Of a stretch of DNA of 64,000 nucleotides, positions 19,162 through 28,910 are shown piece after piece. Location: positions 8,006-72,005 of the forward strand of contig CAMYKK010000010.1 in the NCBI GenBank assembly GCA_947258975.1. Reading direction: 5' to 3'. The position numbers were made by a program, and so were the translations under genes. Numbering within the stretch: the first letter of the stretch is position 1; every line of letters starts with the position of its first letter. Origin of the DNA: an uncultured Gammaproteobacteria bacterium. GTDB taxonomy: Bacteria > Pseudomonadota > Gammaproteobacteria > Arenicellales > JAANXG01. The notes beneath the pieces are model-generated. The model was not told the origin of the DNA. It saw only the letters and a program-made list of their open reading frames with translations, and ran no database searches.

Positions 19162-21696
19162 ATGAATAGCTCGGCTGCGAAATCCCCACCGGGGGACGGC
19201 ACCAATCTTCAGTTCAAGGGATTGCGCTACTTTTCCCTATCCAGTCTCTTGGTGGTGGCGATCGTCGCGTCGATCATGGCCGTGATGCACTACCGGAATT
19301 CAATCAACACGCACATCGACAACGTTGAGCACAAAAACATTCTTGTTGCCCAGTCGATCCAGGCACTCATGCAGCATCACCACGCGATGTTGCTTGCGGT
19401 TGACGGTCAAACCGCAGATGCGCCGGCACCTGGACTAGCTCAAACTATTGAAATCGATATCGTTCACGAGAATGAGCTACAAGCGAGATTACCACCACAC
19501 ATTGAAAAGCAATTGCCGTCAATCTTGGCACACTCCGACATATTCAAGCTCAAGATCTTCAGCCTCGAAGGCGTGACGCTTTATTCCTCCAACAAATCCG
19601 AGATAGGAGACCGGCATGCCATGAATCCCGCCCTGCGCCAAGCAGTGAGCGGACGGCCTTACTCTAAACTCGTTAGCGGGGACACGCTCCATGAGGACTT
19701 GCCCAACCTATCGGAATACGTGGAGACCTACACGCCGATGTATGCTGGGCTGGACGGCAGGGTCGTTGGTATATTTGAGATCTATACCGACGTAGCCGAT
19801 GAATTAAACAACATAAGATCAAGGAGAAAACTAGAGTCAGGCGTATTGGCTTCACTGTTAATTCTCCTTGCCCCCACGCTGTGGTTTTTCAACCGTATCA
19901 TACACAAACGGGACGTAGCCCGTGCGAAGATGATATTCAGGGTACATAATGCCTTGAAAGACAGCGAAGCCAAGTTTCGCAGCATTTCCGAGGCTGCGCT
20001 GGATGCAATCGTGTTGATGGACGATCGCGGGATAGTTACTTACTGGAACCGTGCTGGACAGAAACTTTTTGGATACAGCAAAGACGAAATTGTCGGCCAA
20101 CAACTGCACAAGTTTGTTGTGCCGAAACGATACGGCGATCAATATGAGAATGGGATCGAGAAATTCCGCAAACATGGAACCGGTCCACTGATAAACAGGA
20201 CCGTCGAGTTTTACGGGCGCCACCGCAACAATACGGAATTCCCGGTGGAGCTTTCGATATCAGAAGCAGTCATCGACGGAAAATGGCATGCAATCGGAGC
20301 GATCCGGGATATATCCGAGCGAAAGCAAAGCGAAAAACAACTGATCCACCTGGCTACCCACGACCCGCTCACCGACCTTCCCAACCGTACCTTGCTCCGC
20401 GACCGCCTGACACAGGCAATAATCCATGCGCGGCAACATGGGGAGGCGATCGCGACTCTATTTCTGGATCTCGATCAGTTCAAGCTGATCAATGAAAATC
20501 TCGGTCATGACGCGGGAGACGAAATAATCAAGATTATCGCGGCCCGTGTGTCTTCGCTGATACGGGAAGGAGACACAGTGGTCCGGTTTGGAGGTGACAC
20601 TTTCGCGGTCATTCTCTCCGAAGTTGAAAGCCAAGAGGATGCGGAAGTTTTGATCGAGGATATCATGCGGATGATCAAGACTCCTGTTGAGATCGGCAAC
20701 GAGCAAATGACCATAACCTGCACTATCGGAGCGAGCATGTTCCCACGGGATGCAGTGGAAATGGAGTCCCTGGTCAAATGCGCCGAAATCGCCCTGAATC
20801 AGGCCAAGGCGATGGGTGGTAATCACTATGGTTTTTTTCGTCGCGGCATGGACTCCGGGCTATCCAAGAAGATGCTCTTGCGCGGCGCGCTTCCGGGGGC
20901 ATTGGAACGGGGTGAGTTTGTGTTGCACTACCAACCTGTCTTCGATCTGCACAACGGTTATCTGGTGGCGGCCGAGGCATTGCTGCGGTGGCAGAGGGCG
21001 AACCAGACGTTTGTCCCACCAAATGAATTCATTCCCATCGCCGAGGAAACCGGCCTTATTGCACCCATAGGCGAATGGGTGATGGCGACCGCCTGTGGAC
21101 AGGCCTACGCGTGGCAGAAGGCACAACTCCCAAAGCTGCGCGTCGCGGTCAACCTATCGGCACGCCAACTGGATATGATAGACCTGGCCGAGATGGTCGA
21201 AGCAGTGCTGGGGAATTGCCATCTAGGTCCCCAATATCTGGAACTGGAACTTACTGAGAGTCTCATTATGCAGAATCCGGAGAAGGCCATTTCGACTTTT
21301 CACCGGATCAAGGAGATGGGGATCGGCCTGTCGATCGATGACTTCGGCACCGGGTATTCGAGCCTGAGTCATTTGAAGCGATTTCCTCTCGACCGGGTAA
21401 AAATAGACCGTTCATTCGTACGCGATCTGCAAAACGATCCCGATGATAAGGTCATCGCGTTGACGATAATATCCATGGCCCACAATCTGCGCCTCAAAGT
21501 AGTCGCTGAAGGCGTAGAGACCGAGGCGCAGCTGCATTTTCTGCACGAACATGGATGTGACGAGGTGCAAGGATTTTACTGCGGCAAGCCCATGCCGGCT
21601 GAGGATTTGACTCGATTGTTGCGCGATCGGCTTTGTCTATGCGATCGTGAAAAAATCCCACACGCATCTTTAGTCTCCGCGGCATCCAGTCCTTAG
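19162..21696 (+). CDS. Sensor PAS-GGDEF-EAL protein (GGDEF motif is GGDTF)
   Basis: 844 aa. Two TM segments flank a periplasmic sensor region, followed by PAS, then GGDEF (RFGGDTFAV), then EAL (EALLRW, DDFGTGYSS). Confidence 0.85.
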   Translation: MNSSAAKSPPGDGTNLQFKGLRYFSLSSLLVVAIVASIMAVMHYRNSINTHIDNVEHKNILVAQSIQALMQHHHAMLLAVDGQTADAPAPGLAQTIEIDIVHENELQARLPPHIEKQLPSILAHSDIFKLKIFSLEGVTLYSSNKSEIGDRHAMNPALRQAVSGRPYSKLVSGDTLHEDLPNLSEYVETYTPMYAGLDGRVVGIFEIYTDVADELNNIRSRRKLESGVLASLLILLAPTLWFFNRIIHKRDVARAKMIFRVHNALKDSEAKFRSISEAALDAIVLMDDRGIVTYWNRAGQKLFGYSKDEIVGQQLHKFVVPKRYGDQYENGIEKFRKHGTGPLINRTVEFYGRHRNNTEFPVELSISEAVIDGKWHAIGAIRDISERKQSEKQLIHLATHDPLTDLPNRTLLRDRLTQAIIHARQHGEAIATLFLDLDQFKLINENLGHDAGDEIIKIIAARVSSLIREGDTVVRFGGDTFAVILSEVESQEDAEVLIEDIMRMIKTPVEIGNEQMTITCTIGASMFPRDAVEMESLVKCAEIALNQAKAMGGNHYGFFRRGMDSGLSKKMLLRGALPGALERGEFVLHYQPVFDLHNGYLVAAEALLRWQRANQTFVPPNEFIPIAEETGLIAPIGEWVMATACGQAYAWQKAQLPKLRVAVNLSARQLDMIDLAEMVEAVLGNCHLGPQYLELELTESLIMQNPEKAISTFHRIKEMGIGLSIDDFGTGYSSLSHLKRFPLDRVKIDRSFVRDLQNDPDDKVIALTIISMAHNLRLKVVAEGVETEAQLHFLHEHGCDEVQGFYCGKPMPAEDLTRLLRDRLCLCDREKIPHASLVSAASSP

Positions 21697-21920
21697 ATCG
21701 TCTGCACCTACGCACCTCCCTAATCCACATCAAAGATACATCCTCCGGTGTCTGATCGGGATTGGCGATTCCCACTTTTGTTTACGGTCTGAACCATTAG
21801 CGTTCGATGTAGTCTTACACAGCAAACCAATACACCACATCTCTAAGCTTGCTAATCCGCCGCCTTGGGAAATCTTCGGACGATCTTGGGGCGGCGACAC
21901 TTCCCTTACAGCACAGACAC

Positions 21921-22664
21921 ATGGCCCATCCGTCTAAGAGACTTATTACCGCGCTTCTGTTTGCTGCCTGGTGCACCGGAACCAACCCGGTGGCGGCATC
22001 CGACACGCAATTCGCGGTGATCGAGTTGTTCACATCCCAGGGGTGCTATTCCTGCCCTCCTGCGGATGCCTTGCTGGGAGATCTCATCCACTCGGACCGC
22101 CGCATTATCGGACTGGAATTTCATGTCGATTATTGGGATGAATTGACTTATGGACACGCCGGTAAATGGAAGGATCCTTTTTCCGACCCCCGATACACCG
22201 ACCGCCAACGCAAGTATCATGGACAACGCTTGTCCGGCCAACGCGGTGTCTATACCCCGCAAGCCATTATCAACGGACGATTCGCCACGGTTGGCACGAA
22301 CCGCAGAGCAATCGAGTCGGCGCTTAACGACGCTGCGGCACAATCCTCGCAGATGGACATCTCGTTACGCAAGCACTCCGATCGAGGACTCACCGTTTCT
22401 GTCAACGGAGATGCGAAGCAATCAGCGGCGGTCTGGTTGATGATATTCGATCACAAACGGGTCACGTCCGTGCGCAACGGCGAAAATCAGGGCAAGACAC
22501 TGACAAATCACAACGTCATCAGGGAAATGAAGCACATCGGAAATTGGCATGGTCAACCCGTATCAGTCTCTATCGCCGACATTGCGATGGCCGATGATCA
22601 GGGCTGTGCCATCGTCGTGCAGCAGGCGGACCAGGGTCCGATATTGGGCGCCACCCTGTGTTGA
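21921..22664 (+). CDS. DUF1223 (thioredoxin-fold) secreted protein
   Basis: Signal peptide followed by VIELFTSQGCYSCPPAD, which is typical of DUF1223. The ATG is at 21921 and the ORF frame is open from 21849. Confidence 0.7.
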   Translation: MAHPSKRLITALLFAAWCTGTNPVAASDTQFAVIELFTSQGCYSCPPADALLGDLIHSDRRIIGLEFHVDYWDELTYGHAGKWKDPFSDPRYTDRQRKYHGQRLSGQRGVYTPQAIINGRFATVGTNRRAIESALNDAAAQSSQMDISLRKHSDRGLTVSVNGDAKQSAAVWLMIFDHKRVTSVRNGENQGKTLTNHNVIREMKHIGNWHGQPVSVSIADIAMADDQGCAIVVQQADQGPILGATLC

Positions 22665-22716
22665 CATAGGTTCAGAACGACATCCTCCCCCGCTATGCGG
22701 GGTCAAGTGTGGATTT

Positions 22717-22766
22717 TCGCGGCTGGAAGCCGCTCCCACAAGAGGTGAGGACATGCCGCTCCCACA
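22717..22766. repeat. REP-like element with two GCCGCTCCCACA cores 26 nt apart
   Basis: TCGCGGCTGGAAGCCGCTCCCACA at 22717-22740, with a second core at 22755-22766. The 26-nt period is the same as at 7301/7327. Confidence 0.75.
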
Positions 22767-22774
22767 AAGCATTG

Positions 22775-23107
22775 CTAATAGCACGTCAGGCCCCAGCGTT
22801 TCAGATCACGACATTTTCGATAATTCAGGCGCCGGTTCAGGTCGACGCGCCGGCGATTCAGACCGATGGCGCTTTTTCTTCTGCGTTTCGCTTGTTGTTG
22901 TTGTCTGGCGGCGTCTCTCTCCCTGAGGTACTGTTGAATTTCCGTCAATTCGTCGCGTATCTCCGAATCATACAATTCATCATGCGCAGCTTTGTAATCT
23001 GGATCTTCGACATAAGTGACGCGCCCATCTTCGTCAACATGCTTGTTGAATTGCGCGTACGAGGATAGACAAGAAGTGAATAGCAATGCGCACAACAGCA
23101 ATCTCAT
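22775..23107 (-). CDS. DUF4124-like small secreted protein
   Basis: Signal peptide MRLLLCALLFTSCLSSYA, then the pattern VDEDGRVTYVEDP, and a basic C-terminus. Confidence 0.55.
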   Translation of the reverse strand: MRLLLCALLFTSCLSSYAQFNKHVDEDGRVTYVEDPDYKAAHDELYDSEIRDELTEIQQYLRERDAARQQQQAKRRRKSAIGLNRRRVDLNRRLNYRKCRDLKRWGLTCY

Positions 23108-23456
23108 CAGACACGCCAATTTGCCCGCCTTTTATAAGCTTAGCCCAAGTTTAAACGATTCGTGGGAACGATTTTTGAATTACGAAATAGTTGCTTTCTC
23201 CTCGGTGATGGTCAACACTTACCCATAGCGTGGGTCGCGTCGATACGTACCGGCGCTGGCAGAATAATTCGCTGTGGCAGTCTGTCGGACTGAGCTGGGC
23301 GTCACGACGCCGGTGGGAATACGCGGCCAGTGTGACGATCTATCGCGACGAATAGAGCGCTATTAAACAAGAGAAGTCGTTACAGTGGACCGACTTTCCC
23401 GGCGCAAACGTAGATTTATCCTAAGCCCCACAGAGTACTAGCTGACGTAATTCATC

Positions 23457-24023
23457 GTGATGAGAAGGCCACAACTACTAGGAGCGCTGGCATTGACCGG
23501 CCTGGTGGTCGCCGGATGCGCCGATCGAGACGCGGCGCAAGGCAAGATCAACACGGCCGAGTCGAAATTGGCTCTACAAATAACCAGTAATAGTCCTTCA
23601 CGATCCGCGCCCAGCGACGTGACAGCATCCTACGATATCAAAACCGGCCGATCGGTATTTACCAGAAAATGCCTCTCCTGCCATGGTGACGGTGTGAAGG
23701 GCGCGCCGAAGCTTGGGGATGTAACGGCGTGGGCGGATCGTGTTGAGCAAGATCTGGGGATACTCGTTCGCCATGCCATCGACGGACGTGGACGTATGCC
23801 TCCCAAAGGCGGTTTTTCTGAACTGTCCGATTCGCAGGTGGCATCAGCGGTTGCCTATGTCGTCAACAAGAGTCAGCGCCTGATTACGGCCGCGAACATA
23901 CGCAAGCATGCGACAGAATGCCATCCGATCAGCAATCCCACGTTGTGCACCGAGGAGGAATTGCGGGACGCATTGACCCTGCATATGATGTGGCTGCTGA
24001 CAACCAAGGAGCGCGGGTCTTAG
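23457..24023 (+). CDS. c-type cytochrome (class I, c5-like), probable lipoprotein
   Basis: Lipobox VVAGC, heme motif CLSCHG, and a distal MPPKG Met ligand context. Confidence 0.8.
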   Translation: MMRRPQLLGALALTGLVVAGCADRDAAQGKINTAESKLALQITSNSPSRSAPSDVTASYDIKTGRSVFTRKCLSCHGDGVKGAPKLGDVTAWADRVEQDLGILVRHAIDGRGRMPPKGGFSELSDSQVASAVAYVVNKSQRLITAANIRKHATECHPISNPTLCTEEELRDALTLHMMWLLTTKERGS

Positions 24024-24073
24024 TTCGCAATACCGAGTCGAACGCAAACCGGAAGCAGCGCTCGCAAACTGGC

Positions 24074-25642
24074 TTAGGATTGAGCGAAGTACTTTTCCAA
24101 GTACTGCTCAAAAGGCATGTCGTCGGTTGCTTCTATCTCGCGCTGACGTTGCAATGAGTCCCTGGCTACATTCTCAAAATACGCCTTGCGATCCGTCGGC
24201 ATGCTGGCCTGCTTGAAAAAGTTCTCGTGTTTTTCAGACCTATCGAGGGCAAATTGAAAAAATGATTCCCCACCTTTGTGCATTTCATCGAGCAGTATTG
24301 CAGAAGGTGTGCGTTCAACTTCGTCAATTAACGCTTTTTGCGCCGCGAGGGCGTTCGAATATAGACAACCTGAATCACCCTGATCCAACAATTCAGCGAT
24401 GGGCTGCATCAACTCGCATATTTCTGCGGCCCACTGCTTGAGAGGTTGTCGTGAGCCCAGACGATACAACTTTAGCGCCGGATCACGTCCGCAGCACGCC
24501 ACCATCTGCTGGTTGCGTTCTGCTTCCTTTTGCTCGTCCGGGTTCATTAGCGGGCTTTCCTGCAATAAGCAGTAAATGACAAAGGCCTCCAGAAAGCGCA
24601 GTTGCGGCTCGTTAACACCGAGAGGGTGAAACAGATCGACATCGAGCGCGCGAATTTCTACATATTGGACTCCCCGGTACTTTAGCGCGAGCGTGGGCTT
24701 CTCCCCTGATTTCATGCTCTGTTTCGGTCGCACGAAGCTGTAGTATTCGTTTTCAATCTGCAAAATATTCGTATTGAGTTGCCGATAGTCGCCGTTGACC
24801 ACCACGCCTACCCGCGCATACTCGGGATCGGGCGTCTCTATTGCCTGAGTCAGGCTGCGCACGTATTCCTCTAGATTGTTGTAGCAGACGCCAAGATCCG
24901 CTTGCGCGTTATTCTTGTAGCCAATATCACTCATACGCAGTGAAGTCGCGTAGGGTTGATAATACGTGCCAGCACCGAATTCAGAGAACCCTACCGGCGG
25001 TTCATCAAAGAATGACTGACAAACTGCAGGAGATGCACCGAACAAATAAGGAATGAGCCAACCTTGTCTCTGAAAATTCCGTATAAGGCCAAAGTAACAA
25101 TCAGAGATAAAATCCTTGAGCGCCCTTGAGTCGTTTTCCATCTCTTGGAACACTGGCCAGAATTGCTCTGGCAGTGAGTAGTTGAAGTGCACGCCCGCAA
25201 TCGCTTGCATCGTTCTACCATATCGATACTCCAGACCGCGCCGATAGACATGCTTCATCTGGCCGATATTGGAAGTGCCATAATATGCGATTGGTATGCT
25301 GCTCTCGCCTTCCAGCAAGCAGGGCATGCTGGTGGTCCACAGCATTTCATTTTCCAACTTACTGTGGATAAATTTATGAACCTGCGAGAGGAACCGGACG
25401 GTATCACCAATATCCGCAAACGGCGGGGTAATGAGTTCGAGCAGGGCCTCCGAATAATCCGTAGTAATATGAGGATTTGTCAGCGCCGAGCCCAACGCCG
25501 CCGGATGGGGTGTTTGCGCAATCCTCCCATCCCGGCTTACGCGCAGGCTTTCTTTCTCGATCCCCTTCTTGCCTCCTGCCAGTAATCCTTTGAGATCCTT
25601 CTCGAGGAGCCAGGTCATGCGTGGTCGTAGCACGTCGTTCAA
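24074..25642 (-). CDS. gshA: Glutamate-cysteine ligase
   Basis: 522 aa, GshA-like from the N-terminus (GIEKESLRV...TTDYSEALLELITPP). Confidence 0.9.
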   Translation of the reverse strand: MNDVLRPRMTWLLEKDLKGLLAGGKKGIEKESLRVSRDGRIAQTPHPAALGSALTNPHITTDYSEALLELITPPFADIGDTVRFLSQVHKFIHSKLENEMLWTTSMPCLLEGESSIPIAYYGTSNIGQMKHVYRRGLEYRYGRTMQAIAGVHFNYSLPEQFWPVFQEMENDSRALKDFISDCYFGLIRNFQRQGWLIPYLFGASPAVCQSFFDEPPVGFSEFGAGTYYQPYATSLRMSDIGYKNNAQADLGVCYNNLEEYVRSLTQAIETPDPEYARVGVVVNGDYRQLNTNILQIENEYYSFVRPKQSMKSGEKPTLALKYRGVQYVEIRALDVDLFHPLGVNEPQLRFLEAFVIYCLLQESPLMNPDEQKEAERNQQMVACCGRDPALKLYRLGSRQPLKQWAAEICELMQPIAELLDQGDSGCLYSNALAAQKALIDEVERTPSAILLDEMHKGGESFFQFALDRSEKHENFFKQASMPTDRKAYFENVARDSLQRQREIEATDDMPFEQYLEKYFAQS

Positions 25643-26046
25643 TCTAACGGGTATCCTTTAGGTTGGTTGCTGGCCGAATGACAGGGTCAACGATTATATG
25701 CCGGATCCGCTCGCCAGATTCCGGCAATTTCATTATTTCCTCAGCGCTCATGTGCCGTCCATTATCCCATAGTCCATGAATGCACCCAGATGCCAACAGG
25801 TCCCATGTTCACTCTGCAACAAAGGCGTTCTGAAATCTATTCGCTTTCGAATTCGGCTAGATTCAGGTATTGCAATAATGCGCGCGAAATGTTTAATTCG
25901 TTACCGTTGTCGCGATCATACTCATGATGGACGGGTACCTCCAAAATGAGGGCGAATCTTTGGCAAGTACGGCCCATACATGTCTGGTTAGACATAGATC
26001 ACTATGTGGCCTGATTGCGTTGCCCAAACTCTGAAAGGCCTTACCT

Positions 26047-26364
26047 ATGCCATACGTGATAGCAATCAACCTCTCCTACGAGCATCACACGCAGGATCAA
26101 TGCGCTGCGATATGGGAATTGATCAGCCAGGCGATGTTGAGCGCCGGATTTCAGCGCGACGGCCGCTTGTTCATGGTCAACCTCCCCGAAAAGGACGCCA
26201 CCACTCTGGCGCGGAGAACCCTCGATCAATTGGCGAGTGATCTCCACTCCCGTAACCAGAACATCTATGACTACCTCACACGATTCTATGGATACGACGT
26301 CGCGCATACCACGAATTTACTGCTGCCGCCCTTAGACAGTATTGAAGTGGAAGAGAACACGTGA
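26047..26364 (+). CDS. Small protein with a VapD/Cas2-like ferredoxin-fold pattern (tentative)
   Basis: 105 aa. Begins PYVIAINL, then ..AGFQRDGRLFMVNL.., then ..YDYLTRFYGYDV. This beta-alpha-beta-beta pattern parallels VapD as recalled from memory. Confidence 0.35.
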   Translation: MPYVIAINLSYEHHTQDQCAAIWELISQAMLSAGFQRDGRLFMVNLPEKDATTLARRTLDQLASDLHSRNQNIYDYLTRFYGYDVAHTTNLLLPPLDSIEVEENT

Positions 26365-26461
26365 GGCGGCCGTTACAAGCTTCGCACAATCAGACATTTT
26401 GAGAACTGGTTGAATACTTCATGGTCCGCAACGACATCCTCTGCGGGCCAGCCGCTTGCTG

Positions 26462-26995
26462 TCACTTGCGACCCATGCCATTCGCCCTATCTCGACTTGG
26501 AAACAGTGCTTTCAATAAAACCCGAGTCTCGGGGAAACGCCAAGCATTGGTAATTATCGTGCCGTCGAAATTGCGCATGGTATGTGGGTCTATCACGACG
26601 ACTCTTGATACCTCCCACTCGTCATTGGACTGCAACACTGAATAGTCGGTGATGGGCGTTTTGGGTAAACACAGAAACAGATAAACCTGGTTACTATCGA
26701 GCGTCAGCAGCTGGGCACCTACATCCACATCAATTCCCGTCTCCTCCAACGTTTCCCGGGCCGCGGTTTGTCGCGGGTCCTCACCGGCCACATGCCTGCC
26801 CATGGGAAGCTGGATCTTGCCCAGCACCCGATTGACCCCCATCACGATCCCGTTGGGCGTCGGAATCAGGCAACCGGCGGCCCTGATGATTGGTGGCTCC
26901 GCGTTGACCTGGGCCATCGGCTCAACCACAAACATCACCGCCGGGCACATTAGAATTGCGACAAACGCGTTAGCTATTCTAGGCATTGAAAACAA
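26462..26995 (-). CDS. NUDIX hydrolase with an N-terminal signal-like sequence
   Basis: Nudix box GRHVAGEDPRQTAARETLEETGI. N-terminus IANAFVAILMCPAVMFVVEPMAQVNA. Confidence 0.75.
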   Translation of the reverse strand: MFSMPRIANAFVAILMCPAVMFVVEPMAQVNAEPPIIRAAGCLIPTPNGIVMGVNRVLGKIQLPMGRHVAGEDPRQTAARETLEETGIDVDVGAQLLTLDSNQVYLFLCLPKTPITDYSVLQSNDEWEVSRVVVIDPHTMRNFDGTIITNAWRFPETRVLLKALFPSRDRANGMGRK

Positions 26996-27359
26996 TCCCG
27001 GTTTGCGGCGTATTCACGAGCCAGACTTTACCTTTTGCACCATTCCTCAGCAATTTACATATGCGGGCCGGGTTGATGGCGCAGGCACCGGTCTGCTGAG
27101 AGGCCCGAAGCGCGTCTTGGTTCAAATAGGCCATGCAATTCGCCGGTGAGACTGGCAGGCATAGACGGGGATGTGTTGAATCAAGACGCGGATTATTGCC
27201 CGTGTAATCCAAGCCGGCACACCGACGAGACGATCGCCGCGGAACACATACCAGCCCACTCGAATAGACGAACGGCCGTGGTTCTCAGGTTAAACGGTCC
27301 GTGGTGTTCGGCCTGCACCTTGCTCGACTGCCGGATCTCAGTTATAAATTTGCGACCAC

Positions 27360-27554
27360 TTGGGAACCCCGCATATGGAAGAGATCACCAGCATGGAACG
27401 CGATGACAATCGACGCAAAGAAGAACGGCGCGCCTGGAACCCGATGCCACGTACACCATTTCGCGACTCGAATGGGCATGTGGTCCGCAAAGACAGGCGT
27501 CGAAAACCCGACCGGCGGCTGAATAACATTCACGTTAAGGCAATGAATCGTTAG
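27360..27554 (+). CDS. Possible small Arg-rich protein (ERR/DRR repeats)
   Basis: 64-aa ORF containing RRKEERR...RKDRRRKPDRR. No RBS was checked and no family recognised. Confidence 0.2.
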   Translation: MGTPHMEEITSMERDDNRRKEERRAWNPMPRTPFRDSNGHVVRKDRRRKPDRRLNNIHVKAMNR

Positions 27555-27621
27555 CCCCCATATCGCACGGCACCCCTACCCTGGTCGTCGCACGACTGTG
27601 ATGACGGCGCCGGCGTCACCT

Positions 27622-28425
27622 TCACACGTCGTCGGCGGGCTCCTCGCGCGTTTGGGATGGTTGCGGGGTGACGCCCATTTGCATCAGTTCTTCCGCCCAC
27701 ATGTCGTGATGTTGCTTGACATAGTTCACGTCCGCGCGTCCGCACGTCATCGTTTCAAACGCGCCCTCAACACCAATACTCCCCAAATAGGCGTGCCCGA
27801 AAACAATAAGGGACCATGCCAGCCCGCCGATCACGTGCATGGTATTCGCCCATTGCATGGTACCCGCTGATTGACCGTGGTCCGGAAATTGCAGCATCAG
27901 TCCGGTGGCGCAAACAACGGTCCCCACGATCACGAGACCCAACCAGTACACGAACAATTTGTCGCCGGCATTGACTTTTCCCGCGGGCGGGTGCTTCCCG
28001 GACGCAAATCCACACCCTTGCTTGAAGTACTCCCCGTCATAACGGGCAGGGATGTTGATTCCCATCCACAGGACGATCATCACCAGCACACCAACGGCAA
28101 ACAAAGGGCCCAACAGGTAATGGATCGATACGCTTATATCGGCCCATGTGGTGAACGCCTCCTGACCGCGGATCGAACGCGGGGCCATTCCTCCAAATAA
28201 CCGGCCCAACCCGGTCAGGGCCAGACAAATGAAAAGAATCGCGACATACCAGTGAACAATCCTCTCGAACGGCGTCCAACGCAAAACCGTCATATTGGCC
28301 CGGACGGGTTTAATTCGAACCCGTCCGCGCACGGCATAAATGACAACAAGCACGAGCATCCCCAGCCCGAACACTATCGCTGCGTAGCCTGCGATCGTCT
28401 CGTTATTGACGTTTTCCATACCCAT
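27622..28425 (-). CDS. FdnI-like (formate dehydrogenase gamma / b-type cytochrome) membrane protein, orphan
   Basis: 267 aa with 4-5 TM helices, and the motifs ERIVHWYVA, GKVNAGDKLFVYW and HVIGGLAW. No catalytic-subunit genes are adjacent. Confidence 0.7.
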   Translation of the reverse strand: MGMENVNNETIAGYAAIVFGLGMLVLVVIYAVRGRVRIKPVRANMTVLRWTPFERIVHWYVAILFICLALTGLGRLFGGMAPRSIRGQEAFTTWADISVSIHYLLGPLFAVGVLVMIVLWMGINIPARYDGEYFKQGCGFASGKHPPAGKVNAGDKLFVYWLGLVIVGTVVCATGLMLQFPDHGQSAGTMQWANTMHVIGGLAWSLIVFGHAYLGSIGVEGAFETMTCGRADVNYVKQHHDMWAEELMQMGVTPQPSQTREEPADDV

Positions 28426-28737
28426 TCAACCCCGCTGGCCGCGGGCCTGCAGCTTGGCTGCCGCTACGCGGCACGCCATGGTTTGCCCCCTCAAGTGGTC
28501 CCGCAGAATGAATCACCCTGCATAATTCAGCATTCCGGTTGATTTGCATCACGTGTTCCTGATCGGCGCGAATCCTCGCCCAAGTCTTGGACTAGATCAA
28601 GTTTTGCCGGCAATAATTGTGCTTGAATGAATAAATGGGCCAGACCTTCACAGAAGGGACTCTGATCCGAATGGCACAATGCATCGCGGCTCTCGTCCGC
28701 GCCTTGTCCCCGCGCAGCAGGGGAATAGCAGGGTACC

Positions 28738-28752
28738 AAGCCGCTCCCACGG
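28738..28752. repeat. Partial copy of the GCCGCTCCCAC REP-like core
   Basis: AAGCCGCTCCCACGG, located in an intergenic region. Confidence 0.5.
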
Positions 28753-28910
28753 CAAGCCACTGCCACAATGAAGACATGGCGAACAGACCAGAATGGTACT
28801 ATGTTTAGCCCGGGTTGCATCCGCTGCTAAACGCCCTTAACTTGGTGACATTGGGCTCTGATACCATGTGTTGGCACAACCGATGATTGATTGAGACCAG
28901 CGAGAAATCC

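Noticed and set aside
26979-27287. Minus-strand ORF (77 aa from a TTG, frame open to ~27287) overlapping the NUDIX start by 17 nt, with a vague L,D-transpeptidase-like C...G.KV.LV pattern
   Set aside because: The His-to-Cys spacing does not fit YkuD, there is no ATG or RBS, and no motif could be confirmed. Left unannotated.
28691-28775. Cobalamin-riboswitch-like fragments (AGGGGAA, GGGTACCAAGCC, GCCACTG) upstream of the B12-radical SAM gene
   Set aside because: The elements are too closely spaced. The ACUGU and GGGAAGGC parts and the expected helices are missing, and part of the match is simply the GCCGCTCCCAC REP core. An Infernal scan with RF00174 would settle it.
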